A stretch of 36,052 nt of DNA, from contig NC_068981.1 of the NCBI RefSeq assembly GCF_001194135.2, positions 145,962,452-145,998,503 on the forward strand. Direction: 5' to 3'. This document shows positions 1 through 12,218 of this stretch, one piece after another. This DNA comes from Octopus bimaculoides. Taxonomy: Eukaryota. Positions within the stretch are counted from its first letter, which is position 1; every line of letters begins with the position of its first letter. The notes beneath the pieces are model-generated. The model was not told the DNA's origin. It made no database searches and saw nothing but the letters and a program-made list of their open reading frames with translations. The position numbers were made by a program, and so were the translations under genes.

Positions 1-364
1 GCAGCTATGCTGGAGCACCGCCATTTAGTCGAGCAAATCAACCTCAGGACTTATTCTTTGTAAGCCTAGTATTTATTCTATCGGTCTCTTTTGCTGAACC
101 ACTAGGTTACGGAGATATAAACACACCACCATCAGTTGTTAAACAATGTTGGGGGGACAAACACACACACACACACATATATATACATATACATATATAC
201 GACGAACTTCTTTCAGTTTCCGTCTACCAAATTCACTCACAAGGCTTTGGTCGTCCCGAGGCTGTAGTAGAAGACACTTTGCCCAAGGTGCCACGCAGTG
301 GGACTGAACCCAGAACCATGTGGTTGGTAAGCAAGCTACTTACCACACAGCCACTCCTGCGCCT
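1..364 (-). mobile_element. tRNA-derived SINE, family A (runs off window start)
   Basis: The reverse complement has an A-box-like TGGCTGTGTGG, a B-box-like GGTTCAGTCCC, an internal TA/TG microsatellite, and is highly similar to the copy at 10692-11071. Confidence 0.85.
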
Positions 365-794
365 ACAAGATCATTATTTTTTTGCGATCATTATCATTTT
401 TTTTTTAAAGATATATTGTATCTAAGACTATATTATTGTGTTCTTCCTTCATAGAATGGTGAGTGTACTTTGAGGAAGATTTCGTTACTGCTATTTCTAG
501 CAGGTTTCATGATTGTGAAAGAGCTTCTCTCATTACTATCCTAGTCTTTGAAGCCTTCTTAAAAGTTTTCAGATTTTCATTACTTTGGTGAGTTATGTTG
601 ATGAATTGTAGAAATCCAATATTTGGTGTAAACAAAAGAAAATATAATCTAGAAATTAATTTGAATATATTACTAGTTCCTTCTTTGCATCTGTTGATGA
701 ACAAAGGGACAAAATTGTTAAGAATCCTTAATCTACAACAAACATATGTGATATTTGGAGCACAAATACTGCCAGAGATTTTTTGAATATCATT

Positions 795-995
795 GAGGTT
801 GTTTAACTCCAGCTCAACCTTGATTTAGCAACATATAATAGACATTTCTTCCAATCATCACCTCTTCCAAGTCTTTTTTTTTTTTTTTTTGACCATGTAA
901 TGTATCCTTTCTTACAACCATAACTGTAGGGTTTGATTTGAGTGAGATATTACTATTGTTTCTAGCAACTGAAGGGGCCACCTAGAGGCTCCCTT
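795..995 (+). repeat. Unclassified dispersed repeat (family D)
   Basis: Shares the gttgtttaa...ctatttctagca motifs with reverse-oriented copies near 9795-9960, 10065-10250 and 13870-14030, and with a fragment near 470-505. Confidence 0.55.
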
Positions 996-1813
996 ACATT
1001 TGTTGTAGTAGTAGTAGTCACTACCAGGTAGATGTAGGTAATGAATCGTAAGAGAAGGTCTCTTAGTAGCTGGTGGTTTCAGAATTAGGTAAATAAATGA
1101 TGATGATGGTGGTGGTGGTGGTGGCACTACGCTTGGCATGTATATGTTTTTAGTATGTAGATGTATGTGTATAAGAATCTACATGCACACACATACATTA
1201 TAATCCAATGAAATGCTCTTGAGGTCTTCCTACAAAATATGTGTTTGGTGTAGATTAACTGTATGCTTTCATTCTTGACATTGAAGTGAAGTAATATAGT
1301 TTCTGCTCTTCCTGTATTTCTAAAGAAATTGAAATATTAATTTTCAGTAACTTCCATTTTGCTACTTTTGAACTTGTATTGTTGATAATTTTTTTTTTCT
1401 GTTGATAGATAGTGCATCTTCATCCAAACACAAAAGCTAATCATTGTTAATCCTAAATTTGATTGAATGTTTTGAAAAGAAAATCAGTTGCAAAAGTCAA
1501 AGTGTATAATATACAGAAGTGCCATGTGGAGAGAAAAAATAAAAATAAAAATAAAATGTTTCAGGCATTCTCTAATGAAATATTAGATAATTTTTCTCCT
1601 TGTGATACACCAGCTGATATAATCCACATTTTAAACATATCAAATGAAAGTTTAGTTGACGGTGGTTGGTGCAAAGAAGATTGTTTGATGTAGAAGTTGA
1701 TAGCTATGTTAGTGCTAACATATTTAAAATGCATAGAAGTAACTTGCTCATTAAGTGTGTTTGTTCTGATTTAACTGTTTTTCTTTCTACCATCATTCTT
1801 TTAAGTTGTTACA

Positions 1814-2111
1814 CCTCATCATCATCATCATCATCATCCAATGTTTTAAATCTGGGTTTTATCCCTGTTAACAGAGGTGGCCAGATCTACCTCAATGCCA
1901 TAGCAACTGCCTTCACATCATCTTGCCATCTTGTCTGGTTTTTGGCGTCCTCTTTTTTCAAACCAACCCTCCCAATCTCCTTCGCCACCTGTCCCCTCCA
2001 CCTTTTCCTTGGTCTACCTCGCTTTTGCACTCCATTTACTTCAGATGCAATCGCCCTCCTCAACACATGCCCATACCACCTCACTCCATTCGCCCTTGCC
2101 ACCCATTCCAC
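1814..2111 (-). mobile_element. RTE-clade LINE 3' fragment with (GAT)n tail
   Basis: The minus frame reads VRWYGHVLRR...KRGRPRKRW, typical of the RTE ORF C-terminus, followed by a short UTR and a GAT repeat tail. Confidence 0.85.
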
Positions 2112-2166
2112 CTATTAGTGTTTATTTACTAAAACTGTGTGTGTGTGTGTGTGTGGGTATATATGT

Positions 2167-2345
2167 ATCATCACCATCATCATCATTTAGCATCCATTGT
2201 CCATGCTGGCATGGATTGGAGTTTGACCAGGGCTGGTAAGCTGAGGGTTGCATCAGACTCCAGTCTGATTTGGCATGGTTCCTGCGCCTGGATGCCAACC
2301 ACTCCAAGAATGTAATGGGTGCTTTTATGTATTGACAACATTGCC
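2167..2345 (-). mobile_element. RTE 3' UTR/tail fragment
   Basis: Reverse complement of the aagcacccattacattcttggagtggttggcatccag...ccatgccagcatgg...aaatgatgatg tail family. Confidence 0.75.
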
Positions 2346-2745
2346 TCCGTGGGACCCATGCATATATATACACACACACATACACACACAAAATAATCAA
2401 TATATTTATTATAATTACATTAGTCAATTCACATTGCCTACTCATGGAAGAACCAATGTGCAGAAGAACCAACAATAAATACTATTACATATACATGTGG
2501 AATTTCTAGTAATCCTTGATTGATATAGAGCTAAACTGGTATATACTTGAATAAATATCCCTAGGAGAGAACACTCTCTTTTCACACAGATCTATATATA
2601 TATATATATATATATATAATAATATTAGGGACAAAATCCAAAATTACAGGTAAAAACTCAATTAAAATAAATTTATAAAAAATCAAAATGAAATGAGTTC
2701 TTGAAACTTGGTTATTTTCCCTAAAACTATATATTTTATATATAT

Positions 2746-2755
2746 NNNNNNNNNN
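2746..2755. other. Assembly gap
   Basis: Run of N within TA repeat. Confidence 1.
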
Positions 2756-3300
2756 TATATATATATAGCCATTTTAAGGCTGCTAATACTGGTAAAACTA
2801 TGCTTTGCTGAGGAGGCTTAATAAGCCTGAAGCATATTCAGAGCTGTTACCACACTGCTAAATATCAGACCCTTCCTCACCTGCAAACTTTTATTCTATT
2901 TTCATTTAATTTGAATTATAAGGTTGGCTCTTCTACATTTTTCTAGACTCAAATTGATTATTGATTTTTTTTCTCTTTACTCGAGGCATAAGTTTTATTA
3001 AATTTTCTTGGTTTATGTTAACACAATCTTTTCTAGAAATACATAACTACATTGCTGTTAGGCTGTTAATGTTTTAAATTCATGGATCATGAAAAAAAAA
3101 AAAAAAATTTAACTAGAAATAATTATGTGATATGGAAATTGGTATTAATGTAATTTTCAGTTTTTGGGTAGATTCAGGATAACACTCTGTACATGTTTTA
3201 GTCTTATTCTGACCTCATCAAAGTTTGATAATGAAGGACTAATTTATTGTAAGGCCTCAATTATCCCCTTACATAGCTGCTATACCAAGATGTTTGTATA

Positions 3301-3462
3301 ACTACACTCGGAGTGGTTGGCGTTAGGAAGGGCATCCAGCTGTAGAAACTCTGCCAAATCAGATTGGAGCCTGGTGTAGCCATCTGGTTTCACCAGTCCT
3401 CAGTCAAATCGTCCAACCCATTCTAGCATGGAAAGTGGACGTTAAACGACGATGATGATGAT
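3301..3462 (+). mobile_element. Young RTE 3' tail fragment
   Basis: Near-identical to 15975-16145 and ends in (GAT)n. Confidence 0.85.
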
Positions 3463-3574
3463 TTACTATGAATATTTTCTTCATGAGCTTGTCAAACATT
3501 ATAAGGACCGTTTTGAAACAATAAAAGAGAAACAAAGGTGCAAACTGAGGTCAAACTAAGTACCAGCTGATTGC

Positions 3575-3890
3575 GCATGGCTTGGTGGTGAGGGTATTTG
3601 GCTCAAGATCATAAGGTCATGAGTTCGATTCTCAACAGTGCCTTGTGTCTTTGGGCAAGACTCTTTATTTCATGTTGCTCCAGCCCACTCAGCTGGCAAA
3701 AATGAGTAGTACCTGTAATTCAAAGGGCCAGCCTTGTCACATTCTGCGTCATGCTGAATCTCCCTGAGAACTATGTCAAGGGTACGTGTGTCTGTGTAGT
3801 GCTCAACCACTTGCACGTTAATTTCACGAGCAGGTGTTCTGTTGATCAGATCAGCTAGAACCCTTGTTGTCCTAATTGACAGAGTGCCAA
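3575..3890 (+). mobile_element. tRNA-derived SINE, family C1
   Basis: tRNA-like head (gcatggcttggtggtgag...gagttcgattc) followed by ttgtgtctttgggcaagac...ccactcagctg. The head is shared with 22597-22890. Confidence 0.7.
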
Positions 3891-4350
3891 TTTTACCAGC
3901 TGCAACCTGTATTTTGAGCTTGATGATGGTCACAATACATGTACCTTCCCATCATCAATTTTCTAAACTCTGCTGTTTTCTGTTAAGGTCTTGAGCATAA
4001 TTTTGGAAGGACACCTGTGATCCGTCCTCCAGTGAGTTAGTTACAAGTGGGGACTTAACTAGAGAGTAACTCTGGTTGTCACAGACAGTGCCTAGAAACC
4101 TGCAACTGTCTTCTCATTATTTTGTTGGTCGACTGAGGGAGATAGCCATAGAGTGGTTTATTCGCTTACTGTATGTATATTTTTTTTATCAGTGATAATT
4201 TTCTAAGATAATATCAATGTTTCCTCATGTAAGAGCCATGTCTTGTTAGAATAGATAGAATGGCAAGGTATAATGTCTTGAAGCATTTAATTTATGTTTC
4301 TGTATATTCTGAATTTGACTCAACTTAGATGCTCTCGCTTGCTCGCTGGC

Positions 4351-4355
<5 letters not shown>

Positions 4356-4401
<46 letters not shown>
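4356..4401. repeat. (GA)n microsatellite
   Basis: Direct observation. Confidence 0.95.
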
Positions 4402-4403
<2 letters not shown>

Positions 4404-6734
4404 AAACATCAGAATTCAAATAAATCTGTGTCAAATCATTAATGCCAAATAGATGGCACCAAAATGTCTATGCCAAAATTTCTCATCCCCCTTCCAGTCA
4501 GTTGATAAAACAAAGTGCCAATAAAGTACTTCAATTGGTGTGATTGAACTAGATACCTCCCCACAAATTTGTGGTCTCATAATATGATTTCTTATATATT
4601 TATGGGCTAAAAGTATATAAGGTATTAGATAGATAAAGAGCTGATAAACTATGAGTTTTTCTTTTCTTTTTTGTTTTGTTCTGCAGAATATTTAATATTT
4701 AACTCCTTTTTCACTTAACTGAAGAGCTGTTACTTGCAATAGACAGGTGTTGTTTTCCATCTAAGAAGAATTTTATCTCATTTACTTATTGCTATAGAAA
4801 CTGCAGTAATGGCACAAAATAAATCAACGAACTTAATGACATGAAAATAATATCAGAATTTCCCTAAGCTCTGCATTGACAATGTGTTTTAACAAAACTT
4901 TACCTAATTCTTTTGCTTCCCTGAGTGAGTAATGGTAGCATTGTAAAGAAAGCTAATTGACTGAGAGCTGAGAGGGGTGGAACTGGAGTTGATTGAACAA
5001 ACTGGTAACATTATAAAAGCATGATTTTCAAAGTAGCTCGGTTAGTTAGCTCCTGGGTGTTATCCAGTTCTTTTCTCTTCCTCCCACAGAATAATAGACT
5101 ATGTGTGGGTGGGTGGTGGTGCTGGTGGTTTGAGGAATTACAAAGATTTTCCTGTTCCTAAAAGTGCTATAGGTAGCAGTGTTATAAAGCACTGACCTAA
5201 ATGAATGTGCTACAATGTTGAATTTTCTTAGAAATGGATTTTTTAATTTTTTGGGTTTTGATAATCAATACTTACATTTTGATTAGTCTTCAAATAATGT
5301 CTTTAAAAAATTAGATTTATATAACAAAGTGAGCGAAGGGAAATAATTCAAATGAGCCAAATGCATAAATTTAAATACTTCAACTAAGTGGCGATGTATG
5401 TAAATCTTTGCGAAAAAGAAAAAAATTCTAAATGAATTGAAATTTGCCTTATCATTGAATAAAGAAAAGAAAAACATTGTGGCACTTGCTAATGACTTTG
5501 GAAGACAATAGGAGATAATATCACTTAGAAATAGCTGATCTTTGTTAGCAGACACAGTGACAGCTAATAGATGTATTTCTGTGTTATTAGACCTTATCAG
5601 CTAAATATTGTTCACCTTGCTTTTTTTTCTTGTTGAACTAAGAAAGAAATTTCAAATCATTTAGAATTTTCTGTATGTATCATTCAACTCATCCCCATCT
5701 ACTTGAATTATCTAATTTCATGCCAGTACCCCACTTAGGCTATTTCCCATGGCCAATTTATCAAACCAACCTGAGAAGGCTATACTTTGCTTACATGGTC
5801 TAATAATGCTGTAACCTATTTTAGTACATAATACAGTACATAAAACATTTGTAGAAAAATGTATTACAGAATGAATAAAGGTAATGTACTACATGTTATG
5901 CGTTAGTCGTTAAATCTAGCTGTGGTGGTGATAGACAAGAACATCACACCAAATAGTAAAACAAAATTTGAGGAAAGTAGTGGAGTTCTGCATCATTTTA
6001 GTGGCATTATTACTCTGGATGCAAAAATTGAAGTGAGGAAGTAAAAGGGTGGAGGAATAAATTGGAAGGAAATATCGTTTGACTAAATTTAGCAGCAAGA
6101 CTAGGTCGTTTGAATTGTACATATAAGGAGTACTAAGGAGAGGAGAGACATGTTGGCAAGTGTGTTGGGATCAATGAAAAACAAGGTCAGTTGAATTGGT
6201 GCACACACAAACAAGGTGGAAGAAAGAACATAGTTTCAACTAACATTAAAAAGAAAAGTGTATTGTTATTATTGTTTTTAAACTTATTAGAATTTTCATG
6301 GGTTTCTTTAAGGAGACCATAAGAGACCATATCCCCAAAATTGTGGTCAGATATTACAATCTATGTAAGTTCAAGAATTCTGTTACCAGTCCCAGTATGA
6401 AAGATGCCCATATTAAATTTCTTCCAGTTATTTCCCCTTTGAGAGTCAGTAAGAATATCCATTAAGTTTCTGTTTTCTTTCTCTAATAAAAAGGCAGATT
6501 TCAGTTACTTAAATCTTTTGTTTTTAATACGTCATTCAATGCATTACTATCTTCCAGGGTTAGATTTGTTTTATTGTTTTGTAAGATTTTAATTATCTGC
6601 TAAGCAATTTACAGACTATTAATTTTTAAAAATTATTTTGTATTTTAATATCTCTTCAAAAAATATTCAATTTCCTTTCCCATTATCTTATGCTTTGAGT
6701 TGGTTTTACTATGTAACTATTATGTAACTTTAAT

Positions 6735-7180
6735 TTTTATGGCCATGTGATGCATAAAAAGGTGCCAATCTCTAACTGTGGAGGGAGCCTGTGGGAGAGG
6801 TAGATCCAGGAAGACATGGAATGAGGTAGTGAAATATGACCTTTGGATGTTGAGTCTCACATTGACGATGACAACTGACCTAGACTTTTGGCAATTTGCT
6901 GTGCTTAGCAAGACGTGTCAAGCTAAGTGAAATAGTTGTGGCCTGTGCTGGTGATACGCAAAAGGCAACTGTACCATTGACATGTAAAAAACACGTGTCC
7001 CAGTGACATGTAAAAAATACCTGATATACTTTAAGAAGTGGTTGGTGTTAGGAAGAACATCCAACTGTAGAAACCAAACCAAGCAGACTGGAGCCTGGTA
7101 CAGCTCTCCAGTTATCAGTTCCAGTCAAACCATCTAACTTGTGCCAGCATGGAAGATGGGCACTAAATGATGATGATGAC
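6735..7180 (+). mobile_element. Old RTE LINE 3' end (ORF C-terminus, UTR, GAT tail)
   Basis: Reads CIKRCQSLTVEGACGRGRSRKTWNEVVKYDL, then short UTR repeats with acatgtaaaaaa cores and a gatgatgatg tail. Confidence 0.8.
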
Positions 7181-7920
7181 ATATATACAGGACACTATTA
7201 GTTCTTTAGCGTCATTATTTTTATGCACTCATCATGAGTAATAAGTTTGATACTTATTGTGTTTGATGATGAACAGTGACTAAAATCAGTGACTTTTTAG
7301 CATCATTTTCAAGCTGTCTGACTAACAGCATGTTCAACAATGGCAATGAATTGGGTTATTATTCATTAACAGTTAAACAAAATATTTTGCAACTACTATG
7401 GTGTAAATGTTCTTCCAGTTATTTTAAAATAGTATTTTATACTTTATACACTTTACATTATATATATATATATATATATATATAATACACTTCGTATTCT
7501 TTATATGGTCTACATTTTGTAGACTTTATATACCACAAACTTTATACACCTTACACACACACACATATATTTGTGTGTGTACTTTTGTATTTGGTTAGAG
7601 CCTTTTTCTTGATGGATCCTTTCACATGAAATGTATTTATTATTATTGGCATAATGGCCTTTCTGAGATACAACACACACACATGCATGCACCCCCCCCC
7701 CATATACTTTATTTAGTTGTTGACTTCACAGTCTTTAATGTGCTGGATACAATGCCTCATGGTATTTGTTTCAAATACCAAGCTCTTGAATTCAAATTTG
7801 CTTTTCAGACTTTTAGGATTATTAAAAGAAAAGTAACAATCTAGTCAGCAGATTTGTGGAGCTGTAAGAAAACTAGACAAGATGTCTTGTGGTATTTGTT
7901 ACTTGTACTTGTGGTAGCAG

Positions 7921-8540
7921 TCACCTGAGGTGATTTGAGCTGGCTGCAACCAATGAATTCATCACATCTTTCTCAAATGCTGACCACATCCAACTATCAA
8001 TCACAGTTGAGGCTGTAATGGACACCCACTCCCAAAGACCATAGATGCAGAGGCTCGATTGTGCTTCCATGTTCACCTTTACCATTGCCAGCCACATTTT
8101 CAGTTGTCCTCCAGTTTGTGTAAGCCACCATAAGAGGGAAGCCAGTTTGGCCACCTTGTGAATGAATTCCCCTGAGGCTGACAGAGAGTATGATTAAGCC
8201 ACCTTAGATGTCTTGTTAGTAGAGCTTGTTGCAGAGAGCTGATGTAGTTGTGTTGTTGTATTTTGGAGTTCAAAATGAAGTCCCATGGGCGAACACACAG
8301 AATTCAATGTAGGCGGCAGTGGTTTGAAGACTTTGAGTTTTTGGAGATCTTCAGCTCTCACTGGCCAGGATTCACATCTATAGAGTGTCCTGAAATTAAA
8401 TCCCACCATCACCACTTGGTACCTTTGGGTGCCTTTAGTGAATCCCACACTGTTGCAGTCAGGCCAGGTCCTTGGTTTGAGGATAAAGTTTTTCCTCCTA
8501 CTAGTCTTGGAAGCCCTGTAAAGGGTTACAGGCACCAAAG
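7921..8540 (-). mobile_element. Decayed RTE-type LINE fragment (second lineage)
   Basis: Minus frames give TLYRCESWPVRAEDLQKLKVF (cf. LLYGCETW) and GGQLKMWLAMVK (cf. GGQ.KTW), with frameshifts. Confidence 0.7.
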
Positions 8541-8633
8541 ATAAGGAAAGTACTTTATATAGAATGCACTTAATGTACTTTATTCATCATACACTATATA
8601 TTTTTTAGATGTGGGCATGGTGTAGGTGAAGAT

Positions 8634-9122
8634 AAGGCTGTGTGGTTAAAAAGTTTGTTTTTCAACTTCCCAATCACTTGGTTCCAGGTTCAGTCTCACT
8701 ACCTGTTACCTTGTAAGTGTCTTCTAAACTGGTCTGATCTAAACCTTTTGAGTAGATTTAGTATATGGAAAGTGAAAAAGCAGTCCTCTCTCTCATTCTC
8801 TCTAACTCCTTCCCTCCGTCCCCCTCTCTCCCCGTCTCTTCCTCTCTCTCGTGTGTATGTGTATATATTTGTATAAATATATAGTGTTAGTCTATGTTTG
8901 TCTGCTTGTCTTGTCACCGCATGATAGTTGTAAATGATTCTCATTATCATACAAGCAATGTCATTAATTTCCAATATTCTGTGATGATATCTTGGGTTAT
9001 GAGGAAATATTATCTTGCTTGGTAACAAGTGAGGGTTGGTGACAAGAAATGTATCTGGCCATAGAAAATCCGCCTCAACAACAAGCATGGCAAAGTAGGC
9101 ATTAAAATGATGACAATGATGC
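8634..9122 (+). mobile_element. tRNA-derived SINE, family B (RTE-like tail)
   Basis: Family A-like head, then a microsatellite, a gatagttgtaaa/aaatattatcttgcttgg body and a ...aaatgatgac tail. Confidence 0.7.
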
Positions 9123-9128
9123 TAATAT

Positions 9129-9180
<52 letters not shown>

Positions 9181-10270
9181 ACATAAATATACACCCACCA
9201 TTTGCTATATATTTCACACTTTCAGCAGTAGTGATTTATTCAGTTAGAATTACACACATGTACAATGACAGCAGCTGTGAACTTGAAAGTGTTAAAGTCA
9301 ATGAGACAACCCGTAAAGTTAAGGCAAAATTATGTGTATGACACTGTTCTGATTTCATCTGACCTTTGGCTTTTAGTTTTTGATAGTCTCACACAAAATG
9401 TTATGAATTCCATATGTTAAATTTATCTAAGTAACCTAATTTTAGTTTTTTTTTTCTCCTTACTGAAAGTACATTGTTTCCTGTGGCTTTTTAAGGTAAA
9501 GGACTTGAAGTGTTGAGTTCACATTATGTAACAAAAAGATATCCCCCTCCTGTCCCATTTTAAATTCATTTTTAACTGTGGGTATTTTTTGTTTCGTTTT
9601 TAGGATAAAATAGTTTAGGACATAAATCTAGAGTATATGTTGGGTTTTCTTTATAAATTAGTCAATAATTGGAAAAGTAATTATGTTGACAGTCACAGCA
9701 GACTATGAATTGGTAAGGTGTCAGCCTACAGACTGAAGGTAAGCTAGCTATAGATCATGTTATATAGCTAGCTTCAGTCAAGAAGGGAACCTTTACATGA
9801 ATGCTCTACCTGCTAGAAATAGCAGCCTGGTTTCTGTCATATCATGTTCAACCATCTTAAAATGGGAATATGTTGGATAAGGAGATTTTGGATACATACA
9901 GATATATAAAAAAGAAAAAAATTCAACCCATAATAATCACAGTTGAATTGCTTTTTTATTATCGGTGTGATTAATGTGGATTGATGGGACTCAGCTATAA
10001 CATGTTGCTGGTTTGAACCAACAGCTGAGTCTCATAGTCTTAAAAAATGGAACAAACACTAGTTGCTCGTCTTGCTAGAAATATCAGTCAAATCTCTTGA
10101 ATATCAAGCTTTCTGTCTTAAAAATAGGAAAGATGTATTAGATAATGTCATCTTAGAAATGCTAAAACAATGATCACAGTTGGACTACCCTTGATAATAA
10201 GTTGGCTCTTTCAGAGCTGACCTGTGGCTAAATAATGAAAGTTTTCATCAGCTCATGTCTCCTATTTGAA

Positions 10271-10672
10271 ATAGGTACTGGTTGAGAAACTTGCTTCTCA
10301 ATCACATGTTTTGAAGTTCAGGCCCATCACTTGGCATTTTGTGTGTCTTCTACCTTAGCCCCAGGATGACCAAAGCTATGTTGGTGGGTTTAGTTGAAGG
10401 AAACCAAAAGATGCCTAATCAAATGTGTGTGTGTGTGTGTGTGTCCTCATCTCAACGTCATGTGATAGTTGTAAACATGTGTCACTGTCATACAAGCAGT
10501 GTCATTTATTTCCAATTTTTTTATGAAAGTATGTGGAAATATTACCTTGCTTGGAAAGAAATAAGGGCTGGTAACAGGAAGGGTGTTCAACCATACAAAA
10601 TTTTCTTTCCTGGATTGTATCTGATCCATATGAGCATGGACAAATGGATGTTAAAAGGATGATGTTGATGAT
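10271..10672 (+). mobile_element. tRNA-derived SINE, family B
   Basis: Degraded head, (TG)n, body and a ggtaacaggaagggtgttc...gttaaaaggatgatg tail. Confidence 0.7.
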
Positions 10673-10691
10673 AACTAAGAAATGTTTCATA

Positions 10692-11071
10692 TAGGCGGAG
10701 GAGTGGCTGTGTGATAAGTAGCTTGCTTACCAACCACATGGTTCTTGGTTCAGTCCCACTGCGTGGCATCTTGGGCAAGTGCTTCAACTATAGCCTCGGG
10801 CCGACCAAAGCCTTGTGAGTAAATTTGGTAGACAGAAACTGAAAGAAGCCCGTCGTATATACATATATATATGTGTGTCTGTGTTTGTCCCCCTAGCATT
10901 GCTTGACAACCGATGCTGGTGTGTTTATGTCCCCATCACTTAGCGGTTCGGCAAAAGAGACCGATAGAATAAGTACTAGGCTTACAAAGAATAAGTCATG
11001 GGGTCGATTTGCTCGACTAAAGGCGGTGCTCCAGCATGGCCGCAGTCAAATGACTGAAACAAGTAAAAGAG
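10692..11071 (+). mobile_element. tRNA-derived SINE, family A, apparently full length
   Basis: A and B box-like motifs, ccttgggcaag-type segment and a 3' end gactgaaacaagtaaaagag. Inverted relative of 1-364. Confidence 0.88.
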
Positions 11072-11308
11072 TTATTTACAGTGAATTAAGTTCAATATCT
11101 CTACCAAGATCTCAGAAAAGTAGTAGGAAACTTTATAAGGACTGTGATCCATTAGGTTAGAGCATATAGAATTCAAGTTGCAAAATGATGCTTGTAGAAA
11201 TAAAGATATTTAGCTTGAAAATTAGATCATATAAGATATTATGTAGAAGATAAAACTTTTATGAAAGTTGTAGACAGATGGGATAAAGTTGAAGGAGTAC
11301 AAGAAGGC

Positions 11309-11520
11309 AATAATAATGGTTGTTTCTAATTTAGACACAAGCTCGATAATTTTGAGCAATGTATGTGGGGAGAGGTGTTGATACCATTGACTCCAGTATT
11401 TGACAGGTACCTTATATTGTTGACTCCCAAGAGGTGAAAGGCAAGGTTGACCATAGCAGGATTTGAACTCAAATATGATGATTTTCTGTATTGGCGACAA
11501 GGTTCCAAAGTGTTGAAAAC
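11309..11520 (-). mobile_element. (ATT)n-tailed SINE, family N, degraded
   Basis: The reverse complement contains caaccttgcctttcacc...caacaatataaggtacc and ends aaacaaccattattatt. Confidence 0.65.
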
Positions 11521-11995
11521 CATACAAAGACAAATACAGAACTGGGATTGGAGGTTGGGGATAGATTGAATAAGAGGGTGAAACTGAAATTTATGAATGT
11601 TTACTTTGGCACAAAGCCACAATTTTGTTCTTATCACTTAGTGAAACTGTCTAACCCATAGCAGCATGGAAAATAGACGTTAAATGATGATAGTGGTATT
11701 GGTTGATGTAATTTTTTCTTCATCACATATATTTTTACTAAATAGCCAAATAATATGTGAACTTCAAAGCAGACATGGTTTAGCTTGAAGTTTTCAAGTG
11801 TTATTGATATTGACAGTAATGGTGATATAAAGTAAAAAAAATAAAAATAAAAAAATAAAAATTATATTGGTAATATCAGAAGTTGGAATAGTAAAGGCAA
11901 TAGTAATTGCAAAAGCACGTGTGGAGTGATTTTGCATGATTGTGTATGTGTTGTCAATATTACCAGTTAATTGGTTCCTAGTTATTTTTTATTCA

Positions 11996-12218
11996 CCCTT
12001 TTGTTACCAAATTCCTGTTAAAATACATTGCTTTTGTTTTAATTAATTTTGGTAATAAGGAAGAATTTAGTAAAATAACTTTATCATCATTAAACTGGAG
12101 TTTGGAACATAAATCAATATGAAATTTTTATGGAAGGTTTTAATTTAGATCATTTTAAAATAAGAAGTTTGTACCAGAGATCCATGGGTGGTCTTGGATG
12201 GTTTGATATCAAAAAGGG
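11996..12218. mobile_element. piggyBac-type MITE (second family)
   Basis: Imperfect terminal inverted repeats CCCTTTTGTTACCAAA / TTTGATATCAAAAAGGG, about 223 bp, with degenerate TTAA-like flanks. Confidence 0.5.

Noticed and set aside
1463-1740. Open frames on both strands (NEILDNFSPCDTPADIIHIL; MHFKYVSTNIAINF)
   Set aside because: No recognisable family, no convincing pair of splice sites, and the lengths are compatible with chance.
4660-5130. Strong acceptor-like tracts ending near 4686 and 5090
   Set aside because: No good downstream donor or coding frame. Such tracts are common in T-rich DNA.
5900-6240. Purine-rich stretch with a partly open plus frame (VVIDKNITPNSKTKFEESSG)
   Set aside because: It is interrupted by stops and I could not match it to any known family.
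10692-10770. tRNA gene suggested by A and B box motifs
   Set aside because: No complete cloverleaf. The boxes continue into a SINE body found in many copies.
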